DNA from: Schmidtea polychroa
Taxonomy: Eukaryota
Direction of reading: 5' to 3'
Length of the DNA stretch: 64,000 bases
Assembly (NCBI GenBank): GCA_044892525.1
Contig: CM097885.1
Span: 39,930,001 to 39,994,000 of the forward strand
The first letter of the stretch is position 1, and every line of letters starts with the position of its first letter. The notes beneath the pieces were generated by a model that was not told where the DNA came from, made no database searches, and saw nothing but the letters and a program-made list of their open reading frames with translations. Positions 31,357-45,407 of the stretch are shown here, in pieces. Position numbers and translations under genes: made by a program.

Positions 31357-32477
31357 AATAAAATTCTGTTTTTTCAATTCAAACTTTTAAAAATTCTAAA
31401 AGTTGAAATTAAACAGCATTTCAATAAATTTTTCACAAAATTGTGTTTACTAATATTAATCAATTCGTTCAATCCATAGGGATCAGGAACTTGAGAACGG
31501 AGATGACGGCCAGTCATTCTAATGTATGTGGTCTTACACCTATGACAGAAATTTTCATAACCAAGATCCGAACACCATTTAAGTAGAACTTGAAATCCAC
31601 TAACAAACACGAAGTTTAAAAAACATGAATTAGAAATCACCTTACAACATTGAATACACAACTTTTTGTTCAAAATCTTTACGCAAACTGTATAACACTC
31701 CATATACAAATATGTAAACCTAAACATAAAATTGTGTTTGCTGATGTAAAACAATTTCCTCAGTCGACAGTTAATCAGAACTTGAGAATGAAGATGACGT
31801 GCAGTCATTCTAATGTATGTGGCATTGCACCCATGACATACATATTCAAAACCAAGATCTGAATACAATCTAAGCAAGAACCGAAATAGACCAACTTCAT
31901 AATTTATATGATCCAGCCAATTTAATCATTGATAGTTTTTCATTCATTAATTTTCTACATCTCTTCACCAATTCCAAAATCGTTCTGTTGAATATTGTAA
32001 AAAAACAAAGTATAACTTTCAAATTGATTATAACAGTCACTAAATAATGGCATAGATTTAAATATAGGTAAAAACACAAAATCCAATATATACATTTAAC
32101 TACAGATTTTGGTTATGAAAATTTATGTCATGGGTGTAACACCACATACATTAGAATGACTGGCCGTCATCTCCGTTCTCAAGTTCCTGATCACTATCGA
32201 CTGAAGAAATTGATTAATATTAGTAAACACAATTTTGTGAAAAATTTATTGAAATGCTGTTTAATTTCAACTTTTAGAATTTTTAAAAGTTTGAATTGAG
32301 AAAACAGAATTTTATGATCTTTTAGCAAAATTATTTAAAAAAATTAATGAATTAGTTTGTTTAAAAAGACCAATTTAGATTGAATACGTTTGAATTTCAA
32401 TTCTAACTAACGATGACAGTGAGTCTATCGAAATATATTAGCGTTTTTACTTATCGATACCATTATTTAGTGACTAA

Positions 32478-32478
<1 letters not shown>
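31357..32478. mobile_element. Rearranged Penelope-like element 3' fragments (GIY-YIG), inverted copies, degenerate HHR
   Basis: CHGCNATYIRMTARHL-type GIY-YIG segment twice on the minus strand (31374-31877) and once on the plus strand (~32105-32312). ctaa-CTAACGA-t-gacag..ctatc-GAAA-ta-TA-ttag at 32403-32441. Followed by (TAA)n. Confidence 0.8.
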
Positions 32479-32559
<81 letters not shown>

Positions 32560-32560
<1 letters not shown>

Positions 32561-32725
32561 TATAAACAAATTTCCCCACTGATTTCTTTTCCATTGATTT
32601 AATAAAAAATCTTGACTTTAAATCAGTAAATATATCAAAAAAACATCGATATATTTACTGATTTTTAGTCAAGCTTTTTTAATAAATCAATGGAAAAGAA
32701 ATCAGTGGGGAAATTTGTTTATATT
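32560..32725. mobile_element. Family B near-perfect palindromic copy
   Basis: atataaacaaatttccccactgatttctt ... aagaaatcagtggggaaatttgtttatat, between (TAA)n and (TTA)n. Confidence 0.8.
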
Positions 32726-33049
32726 ATTATTATTATTATTATTTTTTGTTTATTATTATTATTAATTAACTAATTATTTAACCATATTTAAACTACATTA
32801 TATATAAACTACATTAAAAAGAAATCTAATTGATCCTTTGATATAATCATGAATCTTAAAGTAAATTTTGATTTAAGTCTAAATTAGCGACTCCGTGACA
32901 TTGCAATCAAACAATTCAGTCGAACCTTATCAAATAATTTATTTCGAGTATTAAATATTTTTGATCCATTTAGACTATATTTACAGAATTCAATGCAAGT
33001 AAGCAATCGAAATTCAAATTGGTAATTACTGAGAAGCTCTCATTAAGAA

Positions 33050-34030
33050 TAGGGTTTCTAATTTCCCATGGAATGCAATTTATGTGACTCCGGGACATTC
33101 CAGGAAAAGACCAAAGGGCCCGGAGACCTCAGGGCTTTATATAAGTTCTAAAATAAGAAAGAATCTACAATTTAAATTTCCATTTTACTTAAAAAAATAT
33201 ATCTTAAAAACACTAAACTATTTAAAAGTTGACAGGACATTCGATTTCTTGCTTAAGAACATATAGGCCAATTGGGTCTTTTCATGTCTTTATTTGGAGT
33301 TAGTATATAGTATACCTTGTTGCGCATTCCTTTTGAATTTATTGGAATTCTCGAATTCTGTTTTGTTTGAATTTGGATATTGAATTCTTTATATTTTATT
33401 TAAATTGAAGTTTATGGAATTGTTGGAATATCGAATTTTCGATATTTGGATTTTTGAGTTGAAGTAATTGGAATTAAATTGTGTCATGGAAATATCGATT
33501 GTGATTGGAGATTTCGACTTGTTTTTGTTGCGGAAATAAAATTGAATTTTCTGGAATCGTTTGTTTCGGATTTTAACGTTTTAAATAAAATTGCAATCAT
33601 TGGGATTGGTATAAATGGATTATAATGAAAAGAAGATGATTATCGCTTTGAAAACAATGGGTGACTCTATGACGTTTACAGTCTATAAGCTCTTACTCAA
33701 AATCTTCATCGTCATTTTTAGACTTTTCTTGTAAAAAATCTCAACAACAGAATTATGAATTACATGAGTGTAACACAGTTGACGTGAAGCTTCAATAATT
33801 TTTACCCTTCTTCACCATTACAGCTACTCCATCATCGCAAAATGCCACTACGTGCTTATTTAAATCCACACAAAATTCAAGCAATATTTCGTTGACCTTT
33901 TCTACTTTGCCATAAGCATCACTAGACCCAAAAACTCTTTTTATTCTCAGAGTAAACCTTTTGTTATTCCCATATAGAGAACCACTTTTGAATTTTCTCT
34001 TATTGCAATCTACCTCCATTTTCAATTAGA
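33050..34030 (-). mobile_element. hATm-like transposon remnant
   Basis: TAGGGTTTC terminus at 33050; minus-strand HVVAFCDDGVAVMVKKG followed, after a frameshift, by QLCYTHVIHNSVVEIFY (hAT D and CxxH motifs). Confidence 0.65.
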
Positions 34031-34231
34031 TCATGAATTTCTTCAATGGTAACATTTTTATAATCAATACTTTTGATTACCCAATTAAAATTCAAGACAA
34101 ACATCAATGTAAAATATATAATTCAATATTTTACTGTGTTATATGTAAAGGTAAGAAACTATGCGATTGACAAGAGAAGATTAGTTTTTAGAAAATTATT
34201 CGAAATTTACAGGGTAAATCTATATAGTACT

Positions 34232-34460
34232 TATTAAAAAGCTTGACTATGGAATCAGTAAATATATCGATGTTTTTGATATTCGCGAATTTAATCAAAT
34301 TCACTGGGAAAGAAGCCAGTGCCTAAAATTCGCGAATATCAAAAACATCGATATATTTACTGATTCATAGTCAAGCTTTTTAATAATAAAAAAAAGCTTT
34401 TTAATAACAATGTCAATTCAAAAGAAATCAGTGCTGAAATTTGTAAAAAAGTTCTTATAA
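34232..34460 (+). mobile_element. Family B short element (fold-back plus degenerate HHR)
   Basis: Inverted arm aagcttgactat...gatattcgcgaattt paired with aaattcgcgaatatc...atagtcaagctt. Confidence 0.75.
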
Positions 34461-34811
34461 TATAATATTTATTCGCCCGTCTATATATGGTGAAGCATGA
34501 ATACATTTGCCATGTCAACAGCCAATTGGATTCGTCAGAGCCAGTAATAAATTCATCTCAATAATAAAAAACTCATTTATAATAAATTGTCAAAACTGGA
34601 TATTATCGATTATGTAAGTAAAAACTAATTTATAATAATTAATAATTCAGATTTTTCACAGTTTGTTAAATCACATAAATTTTAATAATTTAATTTTAAT
34701 TTATAATTTTATCATTCCATCTTAATATATATTACTAAATATACATTTTAAAACTTTCAAAATGATTTATATTCATTTGAGGTATTCTTCATTTTATTAT
34801 GATTACTATTA

Positions 34812-34969
<158 letters not shown>

Positions 34970-36246
34970 GAAATTATTATAAAAATCAGAAATAATAACA
35001 TCCATGACAATATATTAAATATTTTGGGTTTCTTGGATTAACATGATAATCCGTTTCTATAAGTTTTATTTAAAAAATATTCCGTCATAAAATAACAGTG
35101 ATCTTAACTATCAGGAAAGATTAATTTTCACATTTGTTCTTTAAAAAAATTTTTGAAACTTCAGATTGTGTTTAATTTGTGAATATTTTTATCGGTTGGC
35201 TTTCAATTTTGTCGAATCTTTACAATCAAATAAATCATTTCATGATAAATGAGAAACTCCTACAACGGTCATAAAAAAATAAAATAATACAAATTTTCTA
35301 CTACTTTTCAAATATGTATAAAATTCATTCATCTTTCAGGACTTTTTTTCCAAAGTAATATATCCTTTCAAATATCTTAATAAATATAAATATTCCAAGT
35401 ACGTAGTTAAATAACTTTTTACTATATTTCAAATAAGTACTACACAAAATTTCGTCAATTTTAATTAACTTTTCATAGTTATAAAAAAGTTATTAAATAA
35501 TGGGGTCTTAATTATTAATAAATTTATTTTCATCAGGTAGTGTTTTATTTTAATTTGATTTGATTTGTTTAATTTTATATTTAAATAAATTATTTTTTCC
35601 GTAATAAATATTTAATATAAATTTAGATTAAAGCTTGATTATATATCAATTGATTGTTTACAATCTTTAGACAATCTTACTACTGATTAAAATTAACATT
35701 ATCAAATTAAAATAAATCACTATTAAATTAGAAATTAACACTATGAAATGTCAAGGTCAAACTAATACATGGAAATCCCTTTATTAAATTTCGAATTTTG
35801 GAAATTATTTTGGTTGTCTTTAAACATATTTAGAGTATTCCTTGCATTATAATTTAATTTTTTACATTTTATTTTGATAATATTTGCTTTTTTCGAAAAA
35901 CCATTAATCGGAAAACTTGTACAAATCAGGCTCACTCATATGTTATGTACAGAGAAGTTTAAAGATTTATTGAATTTGGCTTTTACCGCTATTTGTAAAA
36001 AAATTAATGATGTTAATAATGATGTTAATGATGTTAATGATGTTAATAATGTTAATAAGTTTTTGTAAAAAATAACTCTAAGAGTATAATTAGTTTCTGA
36101 TGACATTGTGTGTTCAGAGACTTCAAATTTATTCAGAATTTCCAAGACTTTAACATTTATCTATTTAATGATATTAAATTCCACATGATTAAACTATAAT
36201 GCGTGAAGAAAATATTTCAATTGTTGGGTTTTAGTTAATTTAAGTC

Positions 36247-37262
36247 TGTAACCTCTGACTCCTCGTGTCCTATAAATCAAAACAATGAACTACCCAACGT
36301 ATATTTGTATCACAAAATATATGCTTTACTCAACAATAAATAATCAATAATCAAAGTTAAGTTTGACCGATTCTCCGCTCGGTGTTGACGCTTTGACAAA
36401 AGTTAATAATCACCTTTTATTTCCTTTAGGTTCTCTTGACCGACGTTTTCCTTTTCTATTTGATTTGATCCTTATTCAGCTTTTCGTATTCCTATTATAT
36501 ATCTTCTTTTCCCTAATCTCTTTAATTCTTTTTTACCTTTCGCCTACCCTCGTTTCTTTTTACCCTAACTGAGGCAAAATGCCGATTTGCTCTGATTTTC
36601 TCATTCTTTATATACTCTTCAAAATCGGGATGACAAATGGTTATTGCCGAGCCAATCTCTCACTTGACATTCGCTTCCACATATCTGCTTCGGCTGTCAC
36701 CCATAATGGTCCAACGAATAAAGATAATTAATGGCCCGTCCGGCCTTTCTGCACGCACTATAATCTCCATGTTCTTTTCCAATTAATCATTGTGTCACGC
36801 TAATGGCCCAAATCTTCCTTCTATTTACTTTTCTCTTTGTTTACCCAGCTCGAGTTTCCTTCATCTTTCGGGCTCTCCATTGGCTTGGGTTTCCCATTAG
36901 CTCGGGTTTTCTATTAGCCAATTAATTAATTAATTAACGTTTTCTGTTTTAACACATTTGAATGCTTTTCGACCCTTCCTAACCATTTTCTTCCTAATCA
37001 TCATCTTGTTGACCATTAGCTAATCTATTCCTGTCCCGTGTTCCCAATTCGATTTCGATGATTTTACAATTTATTGATTTTTCTCGGATTTCCGGATTCT
37101 TGCCTTTCGCAATTGCTTTTGTCATTTTCTAATACTGCTTCCATCATACTTTCCTTTACTATCAATTCTGTGCATGATCACGCTTTTATTTGTCTTTTTT
37201 CTTCATTTACTTTTTATTTAAATTTTCGACCTAAATTTCATTAAAATTTATTTTAATTTACA
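36247..37262. mobile_element. Possible solo LTR or LTR-like insertion (~1 kb)
   Basis: TGTAA...TTACA termini, higher GC, pyrimidine-skewed; no TSD recognised. Confidence 0.4.
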
Positions 37263-37294
37263 GACATCAACACAATTAAATTGATATAAATTAA

Positions 37295-38638
37295 CCCTTT
37301 ATAGGGTAAAGGTTGAAATTGGTTAATATATTAACCAGTTGCTTTAAGGTCTATATTTCTAATAAAACACAGTCGGATTCTACGATGGGTCTTGACCTTA
37401 AGTCTTACTTTTAATAAACTTATGTTTTTTTAACTTTATTCCTTATAAATTTATCAACAATTTAAGTATTTGTTATTCCATTATAAATAAATCATATTTT
37501 TTAATGAGGGGTTCGTGAAATAAAAGATCTATTGCACTAGATAATATGTTGGACGAGAAAGGAACACAACATATTTCTATTGCCACTATGTCTTTGATAT
37601 GATCCAAAGTAATTTTAAAAGTCATTAGATTTGATGATCATAACACGAGACGTGTTCACAATCGTACACATAATATGTCCAAAATTTTAGGTTTGCGTAA
37701 TAAACGGATGAAAGTATTTCCAAACTTTCTCATTTTTAATCATATTTGCTACTATTAATGAATAATTGGTTGAATCTCGTGGACATTGTATTTCTCTAAT
37801 GCATATTGAAAAAACAGCAAAGTATACCTAATTATTTTTGAAACTTTGCAATAATAAAAGCCCTTGCGTATGGAACTCTCAGAAGTAAACATTATAAGAA
37901 ACTCGTTCAACGTCTTGGATACATTAAGGTTTATATATGGTCTGGGATCTGTGTCTAATACACATAAGGTTTGAAATGTTACAATTGATAAGTTTCATGT
38001 AAAGGTTTCGCTAAAATGTAAATTGGCCAGAATCAGAAAAATAAAACATCAATTCCACCAAATCTCCTCAATACGTATCAAAGTTCGTTTTTATTAGGAA
38101 AAAAAGCATAGTTGTATATATTCCCAGGAAAGCTTAATGCGAAATCCAGTAAATTACATCCTAAAAATTAATGAGCGTGCAGCTGACACCGAAAGAAAAC
38201 CTTTAAAGGTAAAATCGACAAGTTTAATAAAATATGTAATTTCCTTAAGTATATGATCAGTATTTGTATTCACTAATATATTGGTCCTGTCATAAATAGA
38301 TGCTATTCACTCTCCTTTTCCGAAGTTTGAACATCAATTGGTATCTTAGAGAATGATGTTATTTTAAAAGAAAAAAGCTAAAAGAGTTCATTGCCCATGG
38401 TTCCTAAGTGGTCAAAATTTAAAGTTGACCTAAAATTCATCCAAATAATGCATAAAAATAAAAAATACTACTAATTAAAAATTTATCACATTGAATTTAT
38501 GTAAAGAATTTGATTTTTTTATATTTTTATTAATAATATTAGAAATTAAAAATAATAATATTTTTATTACTATTTCATGTCATTCTATTTAGACCCGAGA
38601 AACTTTAGTCTTACTTATTTTGAGGGACGGGTGAAGGG
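37295..38638 (+). mobile_element. Decayed piggyBac element
   Basis: TTAA-CCCT start and AGGG end; remnants IRFDDHNTR and ATINE*LVESRGHC...KTAKY, matching piggyBac RFDD and TIDEQLV.FRGRC motifs. Confidence 0.65.
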
Positions 38639-38937
38639 TACAACTCACTGACTGTGATTAATGAGCATCATTATTTATAAAGAAACACATGAAAAATAAA
38701 TCCATAATTTTATTAAAAATGAAAAATTATTCTTATTTCTAAGCTGCTATTATTAAATCAGGCTTACAAAATTTAAACAAATTTCAAAAGTAGCTCCCTT
38801 AGGCTTACTTGATCTTTATAGATCTGATTAAATAAAAATGATTAATTTCTCTTTTTTTATATTTCTTTTTATATAAAGGCCAAGATCCCCGTTAGAGCAA
38901 TTTGGTTAAAGGTTTTTTTTATGTAGATCAATGGCAA

Positions 38938-39460
38938 TCATAGCTCCACAAATAGTAATCCAAATTTTAAAGTCAAAGTCATTTTGATTGCAAATTTCAT
39001 ATCTATTTGTAAATTACAATTTGGAGGTAATTGACTTTGATTCAAATCCAAATTGGATGCCAAAACAAATGTAAAGAATGGGTATTTTGCTTTAAAATTT
39101 GCAAGAGTCATTCCTCTATTCAAATTCTGAATTCAAATATCTTAGTCAATATCCAAGTCAATATGTTAGTCAATATCTTAGTCAATACATTGTATAAAGG
39201 CACTAAAATAATTGTTAGTATTAAATCTTGAGTATATTTGTCTCGATAGTTAGTATTTTTCGACAGTGATAATGAAGTAACGTTGAAATGTTTGAATTTT
39301 GAACTGGGAACAAATATGAATCATTTGATTGAGTTTCAGTTTGAAAAGCCACAAGGCATCTCCAAATATCTTTATTAGACATTGTTGATGAACCCTTTTA
39401 TTTGTCTTATTGATATCAACCTTGTTTTTGACAATTTTGACAACAATGTTATGCAAATCA
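38938..39460 (-). pseudogene. Polinton/Maverick capsid-like protein fragment
   Basis: MTLANFKAKYPFFTFVLASNLD...PPNCNLQIDMKFA resembles the C-terminal F..GY.LF.FDL.PD...GNL.L...FA pattern of Polinton MCP-like proteins; recognised from memory, not by search. Confidence 0.4.
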
Positions 39461-40099
39461 TCAATACATAATTTGGAAACGATTGTAAAATACTCATTCT
39501 TCTAATGCTTAGGCCCTTGAGCAACGCATTAAAAGTGGGAAACTGAGGTGACTTGATTGCTTGGATTTCAAATGAATTTCAAATTTTGTTTTGATCGTGT
39601 TCGAATCATGGTTATAAATTTAAATGTCATAATTTGAATGTCACAAAAACAGGAATGACTACCAATCATTTCCGTACGCAGGTATTTGAATGAAAAAGAA
39701 TGAAAAAGAATGATATGTTTGTGTGTTGTCTTGATATATTTGATTTAGTATAATGTTCTGTATAAATGTAAAATTATTAAATTTAATAAAAAAATATTTA
39801 TTTAAATTTAAAATTTATAATTCTTAAATTTTGAATGAGAATGTTTAAAAATAACATTTATATTTTAAAAAATAACTTTTAAAATTAATTATTTATTTGG
39901 TTAATGATTTTTTTAAATTTGTTTGAATAAGCAATTTAAAGTCTATATAGTTTTTTCTTACCTATCTGATAATAACACTGAACTTGTCAAAATATATCGT
40001 ATAAATGATGTTCATGCGGCGTTCTGTTGAACTTGTAAACCGTTTCTGTGTATTGACTAATTTTTTAGTCTACAGAGAAGATTATAATTTTTCATACGG

Positions 40100-40299
40100 T
40101 ATGTTTACAAGTTTTCAGATTTTTTGTGACTAAGCTAATAAGCAAGTGATGTGATTTTCATTGTACCAGGGAAAGTGTGCAATAAAGCTGAATTAGTAAC
40201 ATTTTATACTTACCTGGCGCGAAGTACTGATGAGAGCCAAAAGCTGGAAACTGGTCTACTATTGGGATTTGTGCTGGGTATCACAGAGCTTGTACGGTT

Positions 40300-40302
<3 letters not shown>
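40100..40302 (+). mobile_element. Family A element: upstream region, U1-like 5' end, hammerhead and tail, followed by (TAA)n
   Basis: ...ctgaattagtaacatttt-ATACTTACCTGGCGCG-aagta-CTGATGA-gagc-caaaa-gctg-GAAA-ctgg-TC-tact-attgggatttgtgctgggtatcacagagcttgta. Confidence 0.8.
40223..40260 (+). ncRNA. Minimal type I hammerhead ribozyme motif
   Basis: Canonical CUGAUGA and GAAA..GUC core; stem I AGUA/UACU; one mismatch in stem II. Confidence 0.75.
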
Positions 40303-40361
<59 letters not shown>

Positions 40362-41267
40362 TAATTTGAATTAAAAAAATATTAGTTTATTTTAATGTAA
40401 ACAAGTAAACTGAATAGATAAATGGGAAAAATCCACATTATTCACTATACAAAGAATGACAAATATTTCCTATGTTGTATTCTTATGGCGTACCCTGGAT
40501 AATCTTCCGTATTATAAATAATTCATCAAATTTAGTCTGCATGTTTCCATTTATTATCCGGCAGCTAATAAAAATTTTATTTTATCTATGAAAGGTTTCA
40601 TTGAGTTTTCAAGTCATTAAAATATTAAAACAATAATTTCTTTTTGTTTTCATGTTGAATTAATTCGGAAGCGAGATTAGGACATGTCTCGGTGGAGACA
40701 TATTGGTGTATATGAATAGATTTACTGTGGATTTTGTTTCAGCTCTTTCTTTGAAAGAGATAAATTTGTATTTGATTTGCATAGTAATGTAATTTAATTT
40801 ATTAGAAATATTTGTAGAGATAATAAAATTAACTAATGATCCAATGAAAATTGGCTGGACTAAATGGAGAAAACTTTTCAATAGTTTCGCCGGCATCTAT
40901 TACAAATATAGAAATCTAGCTATTGAAACAAACAAAATATTCAATTATATGTTTTTTAAATGGTTTAAAGGGAAAGTTTTTCATTTTTGTTTTTACATAT
41001 TATGACCATTGTCAATTTATAATTTGCTTACTATTTCATGACATCCAACTTCCTTATTGTTCGCTACACATTTCGGACAATGAAATAATCAAATTTAATC
41101 AACTTTTATTTTATAATTTAATTTGAATAAATGGATTTTTTGACTATCAAAACAATGTTAAAATACTATATAAATAATGACTGTATGTTTTCTACTTTAA
41201 AAATAAAAAAAATATTACAAAATTATAAATTTACCATTTAAAACTTTTGTATACTGAATGTAATTAT

Positions 41268-41500
41268 TCAAATACAATAATATGAAATATTTCGCATGGT
41301 TTCAATTTCGGTGACCCGACAAAAGCGTGCAAATAGAAAAAAAGTAAAAGAAAAACAATCGATCAATGCGTGGATAGTAAACACCTGATGGAAGATTGTT
41401 GGTGTCACTTTGAATGTTCCATACCCAGATTTGCCATAGTACCGAATGTTAGACGCAATTAAATTCAAATATTCTTCAAGCATTTATTTTTCAAAACTGT
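41268..41500 (-). mobile_element. MULE transposase fragment
   Basis: YGTFKVTPTIFHQVFTIHA matches the MULE DGTFK..P..F.Q..TIH motif. Confidence 0.65.
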
Positions 41501-43825
41501 CTCGTTTACTAGCGTATTTAAACACCGAGGCGTGATAATTATTAATATTAATGTAATTACTGGTCATACATTTAATTGATTTAATTTAATATAATTTAAT
41601 ATAATATGATATAATTTAATATAGAATTTAAATATAAAAATTTAACAGAAATAATTATTTCTACTAACTGATCTCACTTCTACCATTTAACCATAATAAT
41701 TTTATATAGGGGTTTACTAACTCCTTACACCGAACATAAGAATTCTTTTCGCGTTGTTTTCACCAGAATCTCATAGCAAAAAATCTTCATTCCTTGTTAT
41801 TTGTTTAAGTTGATCTGAAATGGTGATGTCAGCTAGTGAATTCATCGGACAATATCGAAAAGCACATCTCTTTCGTTGTCGTTGAATGGCTGTATATTAT
41901 GAAGCTGTATATTATGGAACATGACTGGAAACTTTTGTCTTGCGTGCATTTATTACAGCGCCTTCAAGTTCATATCAGCGTTTTACAACCTTTGAACATT
42001 TGTTGAAGATATTAATATATTCATTTCTCAGTGAACCCCTAATAAAAAATATTCGACATTATTAAAAAATCTCGTTTTTATGAACCCAAAGATAAAAAAG
42101 AAAACATGAAATATGTTTTTTATTAAATGTAACGCGAATAACCAATGCATTTTTCAATTTTATTGACACTACAAAAGCATTGAAATCAAGGCAATATGCA
42201 ATTACTTAGGAATAATAGAATAAGTCTTTTCATTTACTATTCTTTTAAGGGACTCCGGTTGAGAAACTGCAGTGTATATTGTTAATAAATTATTGTTAAT
42301 ATTTTTAATTATGGTGAGTTACTCGATTTCTCACAAATATTTTCAAATGAAGATAAAAATACACTTTTGCCAATTTTTCCTAATTATATTTAGATCGAGT
42401 AAGAAATGATGAGAAATGATGAAAATGTATGATACACTATAAAATACGTGATGATTTTCGAAGTTTTATGGTCCCGAAAGAGAATAAAATAAAAATGCGA
42501 TAGTATCGTTGTTTAAATGTTTTGAATATTATATAGAAATGGGCATCACTTTTTACATGAATGAGGAAATTGAACTCAATATCCATCATTGTTCAGCTTC
42601 ACAGTCAAATTACCTTCTTTCTTCTGATTAGTTAATTTCCTACAAAAATGAAAAAGTGCGAAAATGCTAATTTTTTAATTTTTATTGCAGATGGCAATAC
42701 TCAACCCCACTAGCTTATAAAGGTCAACATTTAATTGTAATAGCAATTACAAGGTTAAACCTTTTATTAAAATGATGTTGTTATGTTTAATTCTGGAAAT
42801 GTAAAAAATATATGAAGATATAAATATTTCCTATATAACAACTTATACAAACTGATCACATTTTTGCCGTTAGCAAATCTGCCAAAAGCAATCAACAAAA
42901 TTATAATCTATTATATTTAATCATTTATCTTTGTTTTTAACGCCTGAATTTGATGTATTAAAACAAATTCCAAATAATAATAAATCATCTTATAGCTAAT
43001 AAATATATATATATATATAAATAAATAAATCCAAATATTTTTTTTGAAAACAAATAGAGCCGATCGTCACAGTCATTAATAATAGATAATTCTATCAATA
43101 TCTGACAATAAAATATAAGCAAATTTAAAAATACATAAATCATATTTTAATATTCGAGTCATGCCTCAACAAACAACGATTTTGTTTTATTTTGAATTAA
43201 AAGATTTAAATTGTGATCGGAAATTGTGTAATTTTTCTTAATATTTTTCATTCTATCAAAAGAATAATAATTAAAATAAAAGAAATTGTTAAAAATACCA
43301 AATTTTCGCATATGGTATTTTGAGTATTGTTGAGTAGAAATGAGGTGCGTGTCATAGATGCGTACGTCAAAGGACATATATTATGATACGTTTAGAGATA
43401 AGTTAAGGTCCTGTATAAGACGTAATTAATTTTCATATTGGTATAAGGACAAAAATTAACGGCACCGGCATAAATTACGGGAATTTTTTTACAGAAAAGC
43501 TGAAAAGTAATCTTAAGTAAAAATAAAATACAAACACATATAACAACTCTTCTATTATAAAATATACCCAGACGTAAATTAGGTAGCAATCATTAAAAAA
43601 AATTTATAATTATAAAAATTTGCAAGTTGAGGATTTCTCTAAATTATAATTTATTAAAAAAAATCCAATTTAAAATTCTTTAAAAATTTGAAAAGTGAGG
43701 TAGGAAATAAAAGAAAAGATGAGAGAAAAGTATTGGAAAACGTAATTTTTAATTCAAATATTAAATTTATAGTTAATTATTTTTAAATACTCAGAAATTG
43801 ATTAAAAAAAAGATTATTTGAGCAA

Positions 43826-43908
43826 ATTCACTTGAAAAAGGCAGTGTCGAAAATTCGTGAATATCAAAAAAATCAATATATTTGCTGATTCATAGTCAAG
43901 CTTTTTAA
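43826..43908 (+). ncRNA. Family B hammerhead motif (best-preserved copy, U3-A8 variant) plus partial tail
   Basis: attcac-TTGAAAA-a-ggc-agt-gtc-GAAA-at-TC-gtgaat, with a perfect 6-bp stem I. Confidence 0.7.
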
Positions 43909-45276
43909 CACTAGATTTACGGGAAAAAATAGCCGTAAAAATAGATATACCTAATTCGATATGCGAAATGAGGGAGTCGGTAGAGGAGAGAAATTACCTA
44001 TATTTCATGACGTATCTAAAAACCAACATATGTATTCAAAAAATAAATCAGTATTATATATATATATATATATATGTAGCAATTAAATTTTAAATGAGTC
44101 AAATTGGCTCAGTCCCTTAAATCACTGGGAAGCCAAGAGATGATGTATTCTAAAAATGACATATTTAGACAGCTGACATAGATAATGGAAGAGCTGGAGA
44201 TGACCGAGGATAATGTACTGAATGAAGGAATCAAAACTAAAGTCAAAATCAATAAGTGCCATTATATTGCATACCATAAAAGAAAACACAATTTGAATCA
44301 AAAACAGAAGTTGAAAAGAAAAGAAGAAACCAGAACGAAACCTAAGGTGAATTACGAAGTTATTTGAGAAATGATTTAATACAAATTAAAGTTATCGAGT
44401 AAATTCAAGTTAAAGCTAAGAAAACAACTAGATCGAATCTAATAATCATCGAAACCAGAAACGGTACTAAAGTGGCTATTAATTATTGTAAACTTGCTAT
44501 TTCTCCAGAAGGGTTGCAATAAGCCCTTAAATTATTGTTGTGATATTGAATTATTGGTGTCACTGTAAATTGGTAGTGAATTGTGTTAATCTATAAAATA
44601 ATTAACTTTGTATTTCACCTACAACCCCAACAAATGTATTAAGAGGATTTCTAACTTTTATAACATCTTTATAATTACTAAATTTGTTTTGCCAAGATTA
44701 TTTAATACTATATTCAATTTCCAAAACATCTACTCAATACTGAAAGTAAAATCTCGTTTTTATATACAAAATTAAGTTTCACAAACTGTTCTACCTTACT
44801 GACCACCATTTAAGCATAACACGCAAAGTTCTTCACACCGGTGTTTAAAGAAACGTAGATGGCGATGGAACAAATAATTGAAGCGGTTGAAAAGAATAAG
44901 ATTTCTAAACAATTTGTGTAGAACTATTTCTGTTGACAAGCCAATTTATTTAATTGAATTAAAGTGAAGTTTATTTGAGGTTAAGAAATTTAAGAAAAAA
45001 ACAAATATCAAAAATTTCACAAAATTAATTTTTATATTATAAAATTAATTTTATTTTCTATTTATATTTTAAGGAGTCAATTTATTGTAATTTACTTTAT
45101 AAATGCTTCGGAAACAAAAGCCAGTCAAACGGACAAGATTATTAATTTTAATTGGTATTATAAGATATTCTTTCAATTTTCACCTCTGATTTCTTTTCAA
45201 TTGACATTGTATTTATTAGAAAATTGTTAATACTACATGAAAATACTGAAAGTTTTTGAGGTTTATTTTGTAGGAT

Positions 45277-45407
<131 letters not shown>

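Noticed and set aside
40206..40380. Full U1 snRNA gene
   Set aside because: Only the 5' 11-16 nt match. No U1-70K or U1A loops and no Sm-site/stem-loop IV arrangement follow; the sequence continues into a hammerhead instead.
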